This document shows, piece after piece, positions 37,608-49,602 of a stretch of DNA of 64,000 nucleotides. Positions within the stretch are counted from its first letter, which is position 1, and the number at the start of each line of letters is the position of its first letter. The notes beneath the pieces were generated by a model that was not told where the DNA came from, did not search any database, and saw only the letters and a program-made list of their open reading frames with translations. This DNA comes from Octopus vulgaris. Taxonomy: Eukaryota. Made by a program: the position numbers and the translations under genes. The stretch is from positions 55,056,001 to 55,120,000 of the forward strand of contig OX597829.1 of the NCBI GenBank assembly GCA_951406725.2, given 5' to 3'.

Positions 37608-40600
37608 GATCCTTCTGAATCAATAGTTGTGTAATGTTTTTTGATTATTTTACTTTTCACAAACATTAGATGGTCCACTCGATTAGTTTAGAATTACTCA
37701 CCAACATGGCTCTTTGACCAATAGACATTTTGATTCTCTACTCTCCTCTTTGAAAGTAAAATGCTTTTGTACCGCACCCACCCAGGTTGCTCGACTGACT
37801 TATTCCTCTTTTATCATCTCACACCCTTCATACAAACCACTATGGCCAATTCTGCCTTCCCAAAGCATCAATACTCAAGAATTCCTTCCTGTAGTTGTTG
37901 ACTTACTGTTTGATTAGGACTCATAAAAGCCATAAGTACAATGCTTTCTTCGAGATCAAACAAAAACTTACGGCCTCAGTCCACCCCTGTACTTATGATT
38001 GAAGTCGGTGTGCCTTGACACCAAGGTATACACCGACAACCTTACTTACATTTATGATCTGAAACAGTAGATAACTACAGTATATTTTTATGAATAAAGC
38101 AAGTATTTAAGTTTCTAAGTTCACAAAATTTGAGAGGAAATATTAAATATGCAACAGAAGGTCATAATTTAGGTAATCAACAGCTGGGCTAAAATATCAC
38201 ATGTTAAGAAAAACCGTCATGGATGGTATCTTCAGAAGTCCTACATTAATTCATCTACATGGGACACCAATGTAATATTCATCTAAAATATACTAATTAA
38301 AACCTTAATCAAGTATGAACACCCAAAAAAAAAAAAACTTATGCCGTATTATAGAAACTGTTTCTCCCTGACATGGGATTGTAGGTTTCCATATACACCT
38401 AATCATTTACCTGAACAGTTGAGTACATTTCTAATCATTTAAGCAATAACCTTGAGAAACTGCAGAGTTAATAATGAGAGATAACAATATAAACATCATC
38501 AAAGAAGAATGTGGAAAGAAACTTATTATTTAGTAATAGATAAGAAAAAGCAAGTAATCCCTTTGAGTTGAGTAAAAATGCTTTAATTATGGGTTGATTT
38601 GGTAAAATGTTAGATTGACAGGGATCACTTTGATGAAATTTATTTAAATATACAAAAGAGCAAACCTATGTAAATAGTGTGTGTTGTAGAGAATGTTGAG
38701 GTGAATAATGAAATACATTAGACAAATGTAAGTAAATGCCTTAGTAATCTCTCCTCTGTCAGAAAAAGGGATTTTGGTCCTCTTTGGGGCACTGTCCAGA
38801 GACTATGTACCCATCTAATGTCTGTTCATTGAGAGATTGTATAACCATAGGTATATGGTAAGTGGATTTTCTTATTTAGTGACACCCATACATGTCCTAA
38901 TAGTTAGGGGATTGTGAGATCGTGGTTCCTGGACTGGGTGGTGTGTTGTTCCTTGAGCTTCATTTCACACGGCTCTGCTACGATCACTTTAACATCTGAT
39001 GTGTGGCACATCATACACCTTTACAGGTAATGTTAATTTGATGGAGAAAGTGAGCTAAATTTCAGCACAAACATTTAATCACTATAAACAAATCATCTGT
39101 GCAGATCGTTTAGAAAAGAAATCATAGAATCGTGTTTCTCAATGTATATATATATAAAAATCATCATCTGGTTGGGTTAAGTGATAGTATGTTGCCAACT
39201 TAATGTGACAGTCCCATGAAAGGGAAGCATGCTACTGGTATTTAGCCCTAGGAAGCACTGTTTCCTGTTGGACTTGACACATTTCTTGTAGCACTCTTTC
39301 CCTTTCATGTGACTGTCACATTAAATTAACAACATACTATCATTTTATCGTGCTGCTACTGTATAAATCTCTCTCGGAGATTTAGAAATATATTAGTTCT
39401 ATGGTTGGGTTAACTTGCCCAGACCATTGGCTTTTTAATACCTGAATGTCTCATCTGCACACACCACAACTACAGTACTTAGTTCACTAAATGAAATGGT
39501 TGATCCTGACCATTGACAACCTGGAACTCCTGAACCAGGGGCCTATTACTAGATGCAGTTTAAAGCCATACCCAGGACATTTTATGTATATATATATATA
39601 TATGAAACCATCCCCTCCCACAATATATAGTCCCTTTTCTCCCCTCTTGCCATGCCTCATCTTAACACCTTGCATACCTGCTATCTTTCCTAGCACTCGT
39701 TTGCCACGTGTTCACTCTCTATAGCTATTCCTTTTATCCCTCTAAATCTCCCTCTCCACACTCCTGTGCCTTGCTCTTCTTCTCTTACTCCCTGAACTAT
39801 CATCCCTGAGCCACTCCTATCTCTCTCTTTCTACCCCTACCCATACCTCAATTTCCCATCAAGCTGCATCACCTCTATCCTCACATCTAACCATCAGTTA
39901 CTATCCCCCCCCCCCCCCCGCACTTCTGATCTATTCCCACCATGTCATCTCTTGCTTCCTGAAGGTTTTGCTCTGGTACCCCACTGCTTCCATCTTACCT
40001 TTTTTCTAGAAACTCCCAGCCACCCTTATAATATAAAAGTGGGATAGCCATGTATCTACTCCATAGCAAGACATCTCTGCTTGTCCCTGGAATAAAATCT
40101 CCACACCACCACCTCAAAAACTGCACTCACCTCCACACACTTAGTTAAGGGAGCTTTCCCCTTTCCTTCCTTGTTCTTTTCTCACAAGTTACTTGCCAAC
40201 CCTGCTAGTGCAGGTTCTACAGAAAAAGAAAAAAAACACCCGTTACCCACTGCAATTTGATTAGCATTAGAAAGGGTGTCCAACTGTAGAAACCATGCCA
40301 AAAATGACACTGGAATATGATGCTCCCCTGTGGATCACTGGGTCCTATCAAACTTGCCATCAGGGAAAATAAACATTTAAGGATGATACACACTATATGG
40401 GTATATGGACTCTGAAGTAAAACCCATATAAGACTTCAGGATAAGTTTGAGTTGACTAGTTTATTGGAATATGTCTATTCTATTATGCATTTACATTATC
40501 CAAAATGAGCTTAGTGCTTCAATAATCATTTAATTATCTTTTGTTTGAAATGAAGAAATCCAAATCAATCAGTCGGAATGAAGACAATGTCTGTGTCATT

Positions 40601-40867
40601 TCTCTGTTTATTTTCAGGCAAAAACCTTTAATGCAGATCCATGTAAGCTATTCCATGCCTCAAACCTGCCTCTGCTATAAGAGAAATAATAATTCCACAA
40701 CTCCTGTGCAAAACTGGATCTGGGAATAATAATAAAGCTGGGCCATCAACCTAATTCATGAACTTGTTATTATTTTATTCTTGTATTTTATTCCTTAACT
40801 GCTCTTACTTATTGGGCTGTGGCCATACTGGAGCACCATTTTCAATCATCAACCCAGCACCCAATCA

Positions 40868-41220
40868 TCAATGCCAGTGCTGCCCCGACTGGCTTCTGTG
40901 CCAGTGGCACATAAAAAGCACCATCCGAACGTGGCCGTTGCCAGCGCCGCCTTGGCTGGCTTCTGTGCCGGTGGCATGTAAAAAGCTCCAACCGACCGTG
41001 GCCGATGCCGGACCCCCCCCCCCCTGGCACCTGTGCAGGTGGCACGTAAAAAGCACCCACTACACTCGCGGAGTGGTTGGCGTTAGGAAGGGCATCCAGC
41101 TGTAGAAACTCTGTCAGATCAGACTGGAGCCTGGTGCAGCCTTCTGGCTTCCCAGATCCCCGGTCGAACCGTCCAACCCGTGCTAGCGCGGAAAACGGAC
41201 GTTAAACGATGATGATGATG
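40868..41220 (+). mobile_element. SINE family A with (GAT)n tail, young copy
   Basis: ggcacgtaaaaagcaccc..ggcgttaggaagggcatccagctgtagaaac..ggacgttaaacgatgatgatg. Other copies near 590-870, 9270-9440, 14825-14965, 15205-15345, 20562-20846(-), 23279-23510(-), 42413-42800(-), 43620-44160, 47622-47710(-), 52204-52418(-) and 57770-57950. Confidence 0.85.
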
Positions 41221-41440
41221 AACCCAGTAGTTTTTTTTCTATTTATTTTATAGGTCAGCATTTGGCAAAGCATTGAGTTATGCAACATAAAGGTACACAG
41301 TACTGATCTCCTTTTTAGACTGCTATTAACATTTACACATAAACATGCCTGCACATGTTTATTATATCAAAACAACGATAGCCTATTTGAGTTTTGCCAA
41401 ACAGTTCGTCAGATCTGTTTTTGCAATGTTTACCATAGTC

Positions 41441-41484
<44 letters not shown>

Positions 41485-41499
41485 TTCTGATGCTTTGTT

Positions 41500-42180
41500 T
41501 TCCCAGAAAGAAAAGGGAATGTCACATCACTTCAGATTGTCTTTGAAGCACAAGAGTGGCCTTCCAACTGACATTCCTGTTGGGAATTGGCCAAAGAATT
41601 CTGATATCACTCATACATGAGAGATGACCATCTAAGCTGGTTTTTGACGACAATGGCTTCAATAGTTGATATGTTGCATTTTGTCAGTACCTCACTGTTA
41701 TGAATATGGCCACTCGGTTGGAGATAATACGCAAGCATCACATATGAAAAGTGTCAGACTGATTGATATACTCTCAGTACGGAGTCCAAGATTCAGCATC
41801 CCAAAGCAATGATGTCAAAACTACCGATATTTTTACATCTTCCTAGGGAAACAAAGCATCAGAACACAGGACCTGGTGCCTGTCCTGCTTCTCCTCAGTT
41901 CAAAGATTTGAGCAAAGTCAACTCCAACATCAGGACCAGCTTCACACAAACATGAAGGTACACTGGCAAAACACTACTCCTCTAAATGGAAACCTTACCT
42001 GTCATTGTAATTTTGTGGCACAAAGCAAAACAGACCTTGCCATCCGCTCAATAAAACACACAGTAAATAATCCACAAGCACTCAAGCAAACTGAGTCCTC
42101 AACTTGTTCCATTTGCCAAATGGTTTGCAAAGCACCAGCAGGCCTCAAGAGACATGTTCATGTCCATGAAACATGATTAC
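41500..42180 (+). mobile_element. RTE-like LINE 3' relic with terminal zinc finger
   Basis: CSICQMVCKAPAGLKRHVHVH; degraded upstream frame. Confidence 0.55.
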
Positions 42181-42352
42181 CACTTTATTTTACTGAACCC
42201 TCATGAGAGACTCCATCATATTTCACTTAGGCATTGCAATACTAATAACCTGGTGTTAGAACTCAATATACATATGCTTGAGTACAAAATGTCTGTTGAA
42301 TACAGAACCATTATAAGAAATTGGGTTGACAAAGGAAATAGACAATTATGCT

Positions 42353-43100
42353 CAGGGCTGGATTAAGGCCTATAGAGAACCCTAAGCACTTAAAAGATTT
42401 TGGGTGCCCCCATACATCATCATTTAACGTCCGTTTTCCATGCTGGCATGGGTTGGACGGTTTGGAGTCTGGGAAGCCAGGAGGTTGCACCAGGCTCCAG
42501 TCTGATCTGGCAAAGTTTCTACTGCTGGATTCCCTTCCTAACACCAACCACTCCAAGAGTGTAGTGGGTACTTTTTACGTGCCACCGGCACAGGGGCCAG
42601 AAGAGGCTGGCAGTGACCACAATTAGTTGGTGCTTTTTACGTGCCACAGGAATGAAAGCCAGTCAAGGTGGCACTGGCATTGGCCATGTTCGGGTGGTGC
42701 TTTTTACGTGCCACCGGCATAGGTATCACAACTACAATTTCCATTTGATTTTGATGTTCTAGACTCAATAGATCTCCTCAAGCACAGCATGTCACCCTAT
42801 GTTATTAAAATATAAACAATAATAAACCATAAAATAAATAAACTTTTATTTTTCAAAATGAAGTAAAATTTATATTTATATTTGAAGAGTTTCCTAATTT
42901 TTTTAATTGCAAAGTCTTTGATCACGATGAACACATCAAAATCATAATTCTGGTCATAAACCACTTTGAATATTATTTTAGCTAGTTTAATATCATTTTT
43001 ATCTTTTATGCCATAAACCATTTACCGTTTCTGTGGTGCTCCTCATGCCTTTGATACCCTAAGCATGTGCTTACTTTGTTTAATGGCTAATCCAGTGCTG
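42353..43100. mobile_element. hAT-type MITE with 8-bp TSD and a nested SINE
   Basis: TIRs cagggctggatta and taatccagtgctg; TSD ATTATGCT at 42345-42352 and 43101-43108. Confidence 0.85.
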
Positions 43101-43212
43101 ATTATGCTATGAACTTCATTAGCTCACAGTTGTTTCTGCAATAAGGTGCAATGCACTCATAATTGAGTGCTTGAATATCACATTGTAGCTGCACTGAAGC
43201 TTCATGTTTGAT

Positions 43213-43291
43213 GCTCTGATGAATCTATACTGTGATACTCAAGCACTCAGTTATGAATGCATTGCATCTTGCAGCAGAAACAGCTGTAAGC
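43213..43291 (+). ncRNA. Hammerhead-like motif with eroded stem II base
   Basis: gct-CTGATGA...GAAAC-AGCT-GTA-agc; palindromic loop III AGCT. Confidence 0.55.
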
Positions 43292-44495
43292 TAAGGAAGT
43301 TCATAATATATATATAGGTAACAAAGAATATGAAAGTACTCAGTAATTTGAAGGAATGTGTTTAATGTGATTTTGGCTGAAATCAACATTTGCAACTATT
43401 AACAGTTTCCAATGGAGAAACTTGCATAGCAGATATATTTATGTATATATATATATATACATACACACACACAGCTGTAAAAAATCTTGCAAATCACCTC
43501 ATCAGTGTTCTGAGAAAAATACAACTTGTGTTGAAGGCTCAATGTGCACATCTAGGAGGACAACTGTGTAAAGAAGTGCCAATCTCTAACTGTGGAGGGA
43601 ACTTGTAGACCCAGAAAGATATGGGACAAGTTGGTGAAGCATGATGTTTGAACATTGGGCCTCACAAAAGCAATGACTAGTGACTGAGACCTTTGGCAAT
43701 ATACTGTGCTTGAGAAGACTTGTCAAGCCAAGTGAAATGATAATTGTGGCCAATGCCAGTCTCGTGTAACTGGAACCCATGCTGGTGACACGTAAAAGGC
43801 ATCTTTCGAGGTTTGGGCCTCACAGAGGCAGTGTGGCCAATGTCAGTGTTATGTAACTAGCACTAGTGCCAGTGGCACGTAGAAAGCTCCTTTCAAGCAT
43901 TGGGTTTCATGGAGGCAATGGCAGATGACCAAGACCTTTGGCAATATGCTGTGTTTGAGAAGCCAAGTGAAATAGTTGTGACATACTGGTGTTGTGCAAC
44001 TTGCACCTGTGCCAGTAGAATGATTGACGTTAGGAAGGGCATCTAGTCGTAGAAACCGTTCCAAATCAGATTGGAGTCTGGTGCAGCCCCTCGGTTTACC
44101 ATCCCTGGTCGAACCATCCAACCCATCCCAGCATGGACAACAGACATTAAATGATGATATATTATCAACATTCAACCTCAAAAGCTGCACAGTGTAATAG
44201 AAGAGAGAAAGCCACATGCCACAACAACAAAAATAATAACACTGATAATACCAATTGCAGAGAGTTTATTTACAGCTTCAGGTTCAGGAATTTGAGTAAG
44301 AATCCTGTGGCTGGTTGATTGTCAAGGAACAGGTAGACAGAAACAGGATAAATATAAATACGCACACACATACATATCCACACACACACATATATATATA
44401 TATATTTTCTTTTATTCTTTCATTTGTCTCTGTCATTTGACTATGGCCATGCTGGAGCACTACCTTTAGTCAAGTAAATTGACCCCAAGACTTAT

Positions 44496-44566
44496 GGGCA
44501 TATGGTTTAGTGGTTAAAAGTACGAGCTACAAACCCCAATATTCCAAGTTCGATTCCAGGCAGTGA

Positions 44567-44607
<41 letters not shown>

Positions 44608-44798
44608 TTAATAATAACAACAACATTGAAAAATACCTTAGGAATGAGAACCCAGGTTGGAAATTTCCCCAAAACACCTGACGAAGGCTGGAGAGTATAT
44701 CAGCCAAAACGTTGTGTTAACAACAAACAAGATGAGGACAAATATCTGTCAATTGTAAATAATGTACATAATTCCTCATCTCTTAAATATAGAACTGT
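44496..44798 (+). mobile_element. tRNA-headed SINE-like element with a hammerhead in its tail
   Basis: A box TGGTTTAGTGG 44503-44513, B box GTTCGATTCC 44548-44557, (AAT)n, then hammerhead 44673-44718. Confidence 0.7.
44673..44718 (+). ncRNA. Minimal PLE-type hammerhead with G12A
   Basis: aacac-CTGACGA-a-GGCTG-gagagtatat-CAGCC-AAAACGTT-gtgtt; stems I and II each 5 bp. Confidence 0.65.
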
Positions 44799-45354
44799 AC
44801 AAATGGGGAATAGCAGATCTTTAATTGATGGTTACACCGTCTGCATTACCAACGATCGTTTCTATTGTGCCAGCAGATTTAGATACAGAAAGAATGTACA
44901 AAAACTACCAGTCAGTCCCAATGTAGCTGAAAGAATCTATGCCAACAGTGCTATGAAGGCAACTCAAAGCAGGTTGAATTCAATGTGAACTGAAATAATA
45001 TCTATAATACACATATTATAGAAATAATATCTAATTCCTGACAGAAAACCAAAGCGAAATAGGTAAGACAAGACCAAAAAGAAGAGAAGACATGAAGAAG
45101 TACAGAAAATCGTTGAAGAGATCACACAATGAATGACAAAAGAACTCTGACAAATAAACTAATAATGATATTAGTGAAGATCAAATAAACAGTGTGTGTG
45201 TTTAATCTTCAAATATAACAACCTCTGTTTCAATGCCTGACTTGAATCTTATAAAACAAATACATAAATATATATAGGTATGTATATATAGATACATACA
45301 TACACATGCACACACACACACATATATATATATGTATGTATGTATGTATATATC

Positions 45355-46280
45355 TCCTACCTTCCATTTCCCCTCACCTACCACCCCACCACCCTACCTC
45401 TCCAACGCACCATTCTCAGAGCCTTCTGACGACTCCAGTCCAACCCCTCCACTCCCCACCTTCAAACGAGCCCACAACCTATGAGACCTCTTGGTCCACA
45501 GCTTCTTCCCTAACCCAACTTCCCAACCCAGCTCGTTCCCCTGCTCCTGCCCATGCTGCCGCACTTGCCCTTCTCCAACACCACCATTCTCACCGGCACC
45601 CATCATTGACCCTATCACATCACCAACTCCTTCACCTGCACTTCTACCAATATCATCTACTGTATCTCCTGTGCTCTATGCCCTTCTCTATACATTGGGC
45701 AAACAGCATGCCACCTGGCTGACCAGTTCGCGGAACACCTCTGAGACATCTGACTTGGCAATGACACCCCAGTCTCGCGCCATTTCCGCTCTACTAGTCA
45801 CTCTTTGCAACACCTGTTCATGTTTGGATTGTCCTTGAACAGGGGCCATCTGGACTCCCATTTGCGCTGTGAACAGGGATTAATCTTTGCTCCTTTGTGC
45901 CACATGGGCTCAACTCTTCTCCCCTCTTCATCTAACCTCCTCCCCTCACCTCTCTTCCCCTCACACCTACTTCTTCCCAGCCACCTCTCCTCTCTTACTC
46001 CGACTCCTACTTCTTTTCACTCCTACTCTCCTTCTCTCTTCCCTTCACTCCTACCCACCTTCTTTCCCCCTTCATCGTCACCCCTCCCTTGTAAGCCCAC
46101 CCACCCCTACACATCCCACCCCACCTTCCCTATCCCACCCCAGCCCATCCCTTACACCCACTCCCACATGCCCCACCTCTACTCCCACCCTCAGCCTAAC
46201 CCAACACCCCACCCTTATACCGAAAAAATCCCTCATTACCTCCCTCAGCTTGGAATTCTTCTATATCACACCATAACGAA
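45355..46280 (+). mobile_element. Neptune-like Penelope element 3' fragment, pseudogenized
   Basis: PLTYHP..FKRAHNL*DLLVHS..SFPCSCPCCRTCP, frameshift, then FTCTSTNIIYCISCALCPSLYIGQT..FAEHL*DI..PVSRHF..EQGLIF..PHGLN; C-rich tail. Confidence 0.85.
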
Positions 46281-46774
46281 TAGATGACACAACATCAGTA
46301 AAGAAATTTGAGAAGTTTGAAAAGAAAATGTGAAACCGTTTATTTCTCCAAAAACAATGTCACTTTATACAAAATTTTACATCATTTTCCTAACATGACG
46401 ATTTTAATATATTTTTTACCCATATAATACAAATCTATAGTTTTTTCATTCTATTTTGTTTTTTATACATCCAACCATGTGGTTTCACATATCAACTCTG
46501 TCGAGGCTTCTTTCAGTTTCCGTCTACCAAATTCACTCACAAGGCTTTGATCGGTCCAAGGCTATAGTAGAAGACACTGGCCCAAGGTGCCATGCAGTGA
46601 GACTGAACTTGGAGCCATGCGGTTGGTAAGCAGTAAAGCATGACACTTAAGTAAGGCATGTATAAAATGTGAATGAAATCGGTTGGTTAGTTCTCAAGTC
46701 TTAGTGATGCACACACACAGACATTTTCAGTTTTATGTATGTGTGTATGGGGATGCCCAGAGATGTAGTGGTAT

Positions 46775-47185
46775 ATCTGGCAGAAACGTTAGCACGCCGG
46801 ACGACATGCTTAGCCGTATTTCATCTGCCGCTACGTTCTGAGTTCAAAATCCGCCGAGGTCGACTTTGCCTTTCATCCTTTCGGGGTCGATTAAATAAGT
46901 ACCAGTTACGCTCTGGGGTCGATATAATCGAGTTAATCCGTGTTTCTGTCATTGTTTGTCCTCTCTGTGTTTAGACCCTTGTGGGTAGTAAAGAAATAGA
47001 TATTTCGTTTGCCGTTACGTTCTGAGTTCAAAATCCGCCAAGGTCGACTTTGCCTTTCATCCTTTCGAGGTCGATTAAATAAGTACCAGTTACGCACTGG
47101 GGTCGATATAATCAACTTAATCCCTTTGTCTGTCCTTGTTTGTCCCCTCTGTGTTTAGCCCCTTGTGGGTAGTAAAGAAATAGGT
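46775..47185 (+). mobile_element. Tandem dimer of SINE family B
   Basis: Two near-identical head-to-tail copies; the second is 5'-truncated at ~47000. Confidence 0.85.
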
Positions 47186-47445
47186 ATATCTGTGTGTGTG
47201 GGTGATTGTATAAGCATGAGCGCATGTGTGAGTGTATTTGCGAAATAATAAAATCTAGCATGTGCAGCCTAACACGCGAAACAATGTAAACAGACAACAT
47301 ACACAATGCTGCTCATGTTGAACATGTAGAGGCACGCTTACAGCAAGCAGATGGAAACTGTTAGTGTCTGCTACATTCAGAGGAGCTAGTTGGATACGAC
47401 AGCATCGAAATCAAACATTTGCTTATGGAGAGAGAGCGATTTTAT

Positions 47446-47557
47446 ATCACCTGAGGAGATACAACAAGGTCCTATCACACAGGTAAACTGTTACTTAATT
47501 GAAATTTAAATCCTGTATATATGTGGAGCTATGTTGTATCGAAACGTGTGTAGGGGT
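47446..47557 (+). ncRNA. Type-I hammerhead with intact core and long stem II
   Basis: atcac-CTGAGGA-GATACAACA...TGTTGTATC-GAAAC-gtgt-GTA-ggggt; perfect 9-bp stem II base; stem I imperfect. Confidence 0.7.
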
Positions 47558-47710
47558 CATTAAACAACTGTCGAGGCAGGCTCCCTCTTACTTTTGACTC
47601 TATTTATATTTTCTTTTATATATCATCATCGTTTAACGTCCGCTTTCCATGCTAGCATGGGTTGGACAATTTGACTGAGTACTGGCGAACCAGATGGCTG
47701 CACCAGACTC

Positions 47711-47742
<32 letters not shown>

Positions 47743-48296
47743 ATATGTATATCTAATATGGTAAATGCAAAAACTAATTTCTGTGTCAGTGTGTCACACT
47801 TTGATCCCCCTCTGAATATTCAATGATACATCTACTGTTCATGATATTTTATTGAAATTAGTAGTGTTGATGGTGGCAGTGGGAGTAATAATAATGAGAG
47901 AGAGAGAAAGCGTGGGTATGTGAGAGAGTGAGAGACTGAACACTGAATTAATTTTCTTAGTACCACCACCATCGCCACCACATCTGCTATATACCCACCA
48001 GACTTCTGACGCAACCATCATCAATACCTTTGACTTTACTGCCTTCCCCTCCACCACCATCACCACTGTCTTTCACATTACTTACTCTCTTCGTCTTCCC
48101 GGGCCACCTCGGCTACCACCACCACCATCACCTCCACCTCTGTCACAACTACACCTCATACTATTACTATCCCCCCATTATCATCACAAAAAGGCTGAAA
48201 GATGTGTGTATGGCAGAGGTGGTGGCCATGGTGGTACTGTTGTTTATCATGCAGCTTTGCAATAAGTTCCAAGTGGCGATCTTTCGTTTTAACTTG

Positions 48297-48530
48297 ATGG
48301 TGAGCTGGCAGAAACGTTAGCACGCGGGGCGAAATGCTTAGCGGTATTTCGTCTGCCGCTACGTTCTGAGTTCAAATTCCGCCGAGGTCGACTTTGCCTT
48401 TCATCCTTTCGGGGTCGATAAATGAAGTACCAGTTACGCACTGGGGTCGATATAATCGACTTAATCCGTTTGTCTGTCCGTGTTCGTCCGCTCTGTGTTT
48501 AGCCCATTGTGGCTAGTAAAGAAATAGGTA
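48297..48530 (+). mobile_element. SINE family B, tRNA-derived with a possibly Meta-type core
   Basis: gagctggcagaaacgttagcacg..gagttcaaattcc..gactttgcctttcatcctttcggggtcgataaa..gtaccag. Other copies near 3130-3235, 9645-9810(-), 9865-10080, 24300-24485, 26885-27330, 34340-34505 and 52930-53125. Confidence 0.85.
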
Positions 48531-48552
48531 TGTGCACGTTACCTTACGGTGG

Positions 48553-48936
48553 TCTGATGTCAGCGTAAAGTGAAAGAAAGTGAGTTGTGTGTGTATGCGA
48601 GAGAGAGAGAGATGGTGTGTGTGTGTGTATGCGAGAGAGAGAGAGAGAGATGGTGTGTGTGTGTTGTTCTGTGTGTGTGTGTGTGTGTGACGGAGAGGGA
48701 GAGTGACAGCGTACATTTCTTTTATTTATTTTCCCTTGCATCTTCTTTGAGTGAGTGTGTGAGTGGTTGACTGAGAGAGAGAGAGAGAAAGAGAGTGATG
48801 TCACAGAGAGAGAAGTGTCTTGCTGTGTGTGTATGTGTGTTTGTGTGTGAGTGAGAAAGTGGAAGAGAGTGATAGTGTAAATTGTTTTTATTTACTTAGT
48901 TTTCCTCGCATCTTTTACGCAACCACTCTCTCCCTT

Positions 48937-48978
<42 letters not shown>

Positions 48979-49380
48979 GCAAGACAAACTTTCTCTCTTA
49001 CTGACAACACCTCTCTCTCTCTCTCTCTCAATCAAACACAAAAAAAAACTAAAGAGAGATGTGGGAGGAAAAAGTAAATAAATAAAATTTATGCTATCAG
49101 TCACTCTCTCTTTCTCTCTCTCACTCTCTCTCAGTCAATCACTCACACACTCACTCAAAAAAGATGTGACGAAAAATATATTTAAAAAATGTACATTGTC
49201 ACTCTCTCCCTCACACATACACACACACACATACACAGCAACACATACCTTCTCTTTCTCTCCCTTTCACACATATACATACAACACCCACTTTCTGGCT
49301 CGCAACCCCCCACCAACACATACACACGTCCCTGTCCATTTTTCTCTCTCTCTCTCTTTCACTTTATGCTGACATCAGAA
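48553..49380. repeat. Microsatellite-rich foldback inverted repeat
   Basis: Three nested reverse-complement blocks, the outermost tctgatgtcagcgtaaagtgaaag and ctttcactttatgctgacatcaga. Confidence 0.7.
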
Positions 49381-49602
49381 AAAGATGTACATTTCCTGCC
49401 ACAAAAATAAATAAGTAAAAATTTTTTTACAGAATTTAGTGAACACTGTACCTGAACAGCTGATGGATCAGCTGTTCCAGTTTGGCATTTCTGTGAGTCA
49501 TATCGAAGGATAGCCAAAATATGTACTCAATGCATGAAGTGTCATTGTTGGGCCCAAGGCCTAATGAAGAGCCCTCCACAGGAGCTAGTGTGTGTGTGTG
49601 TA

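Noticed and set aside
44496-44570. tRNA gene
   Set aside because: The acceptor stem does not close; it is a SINE head. The same applies to 23810-23880 and 53500-53565.
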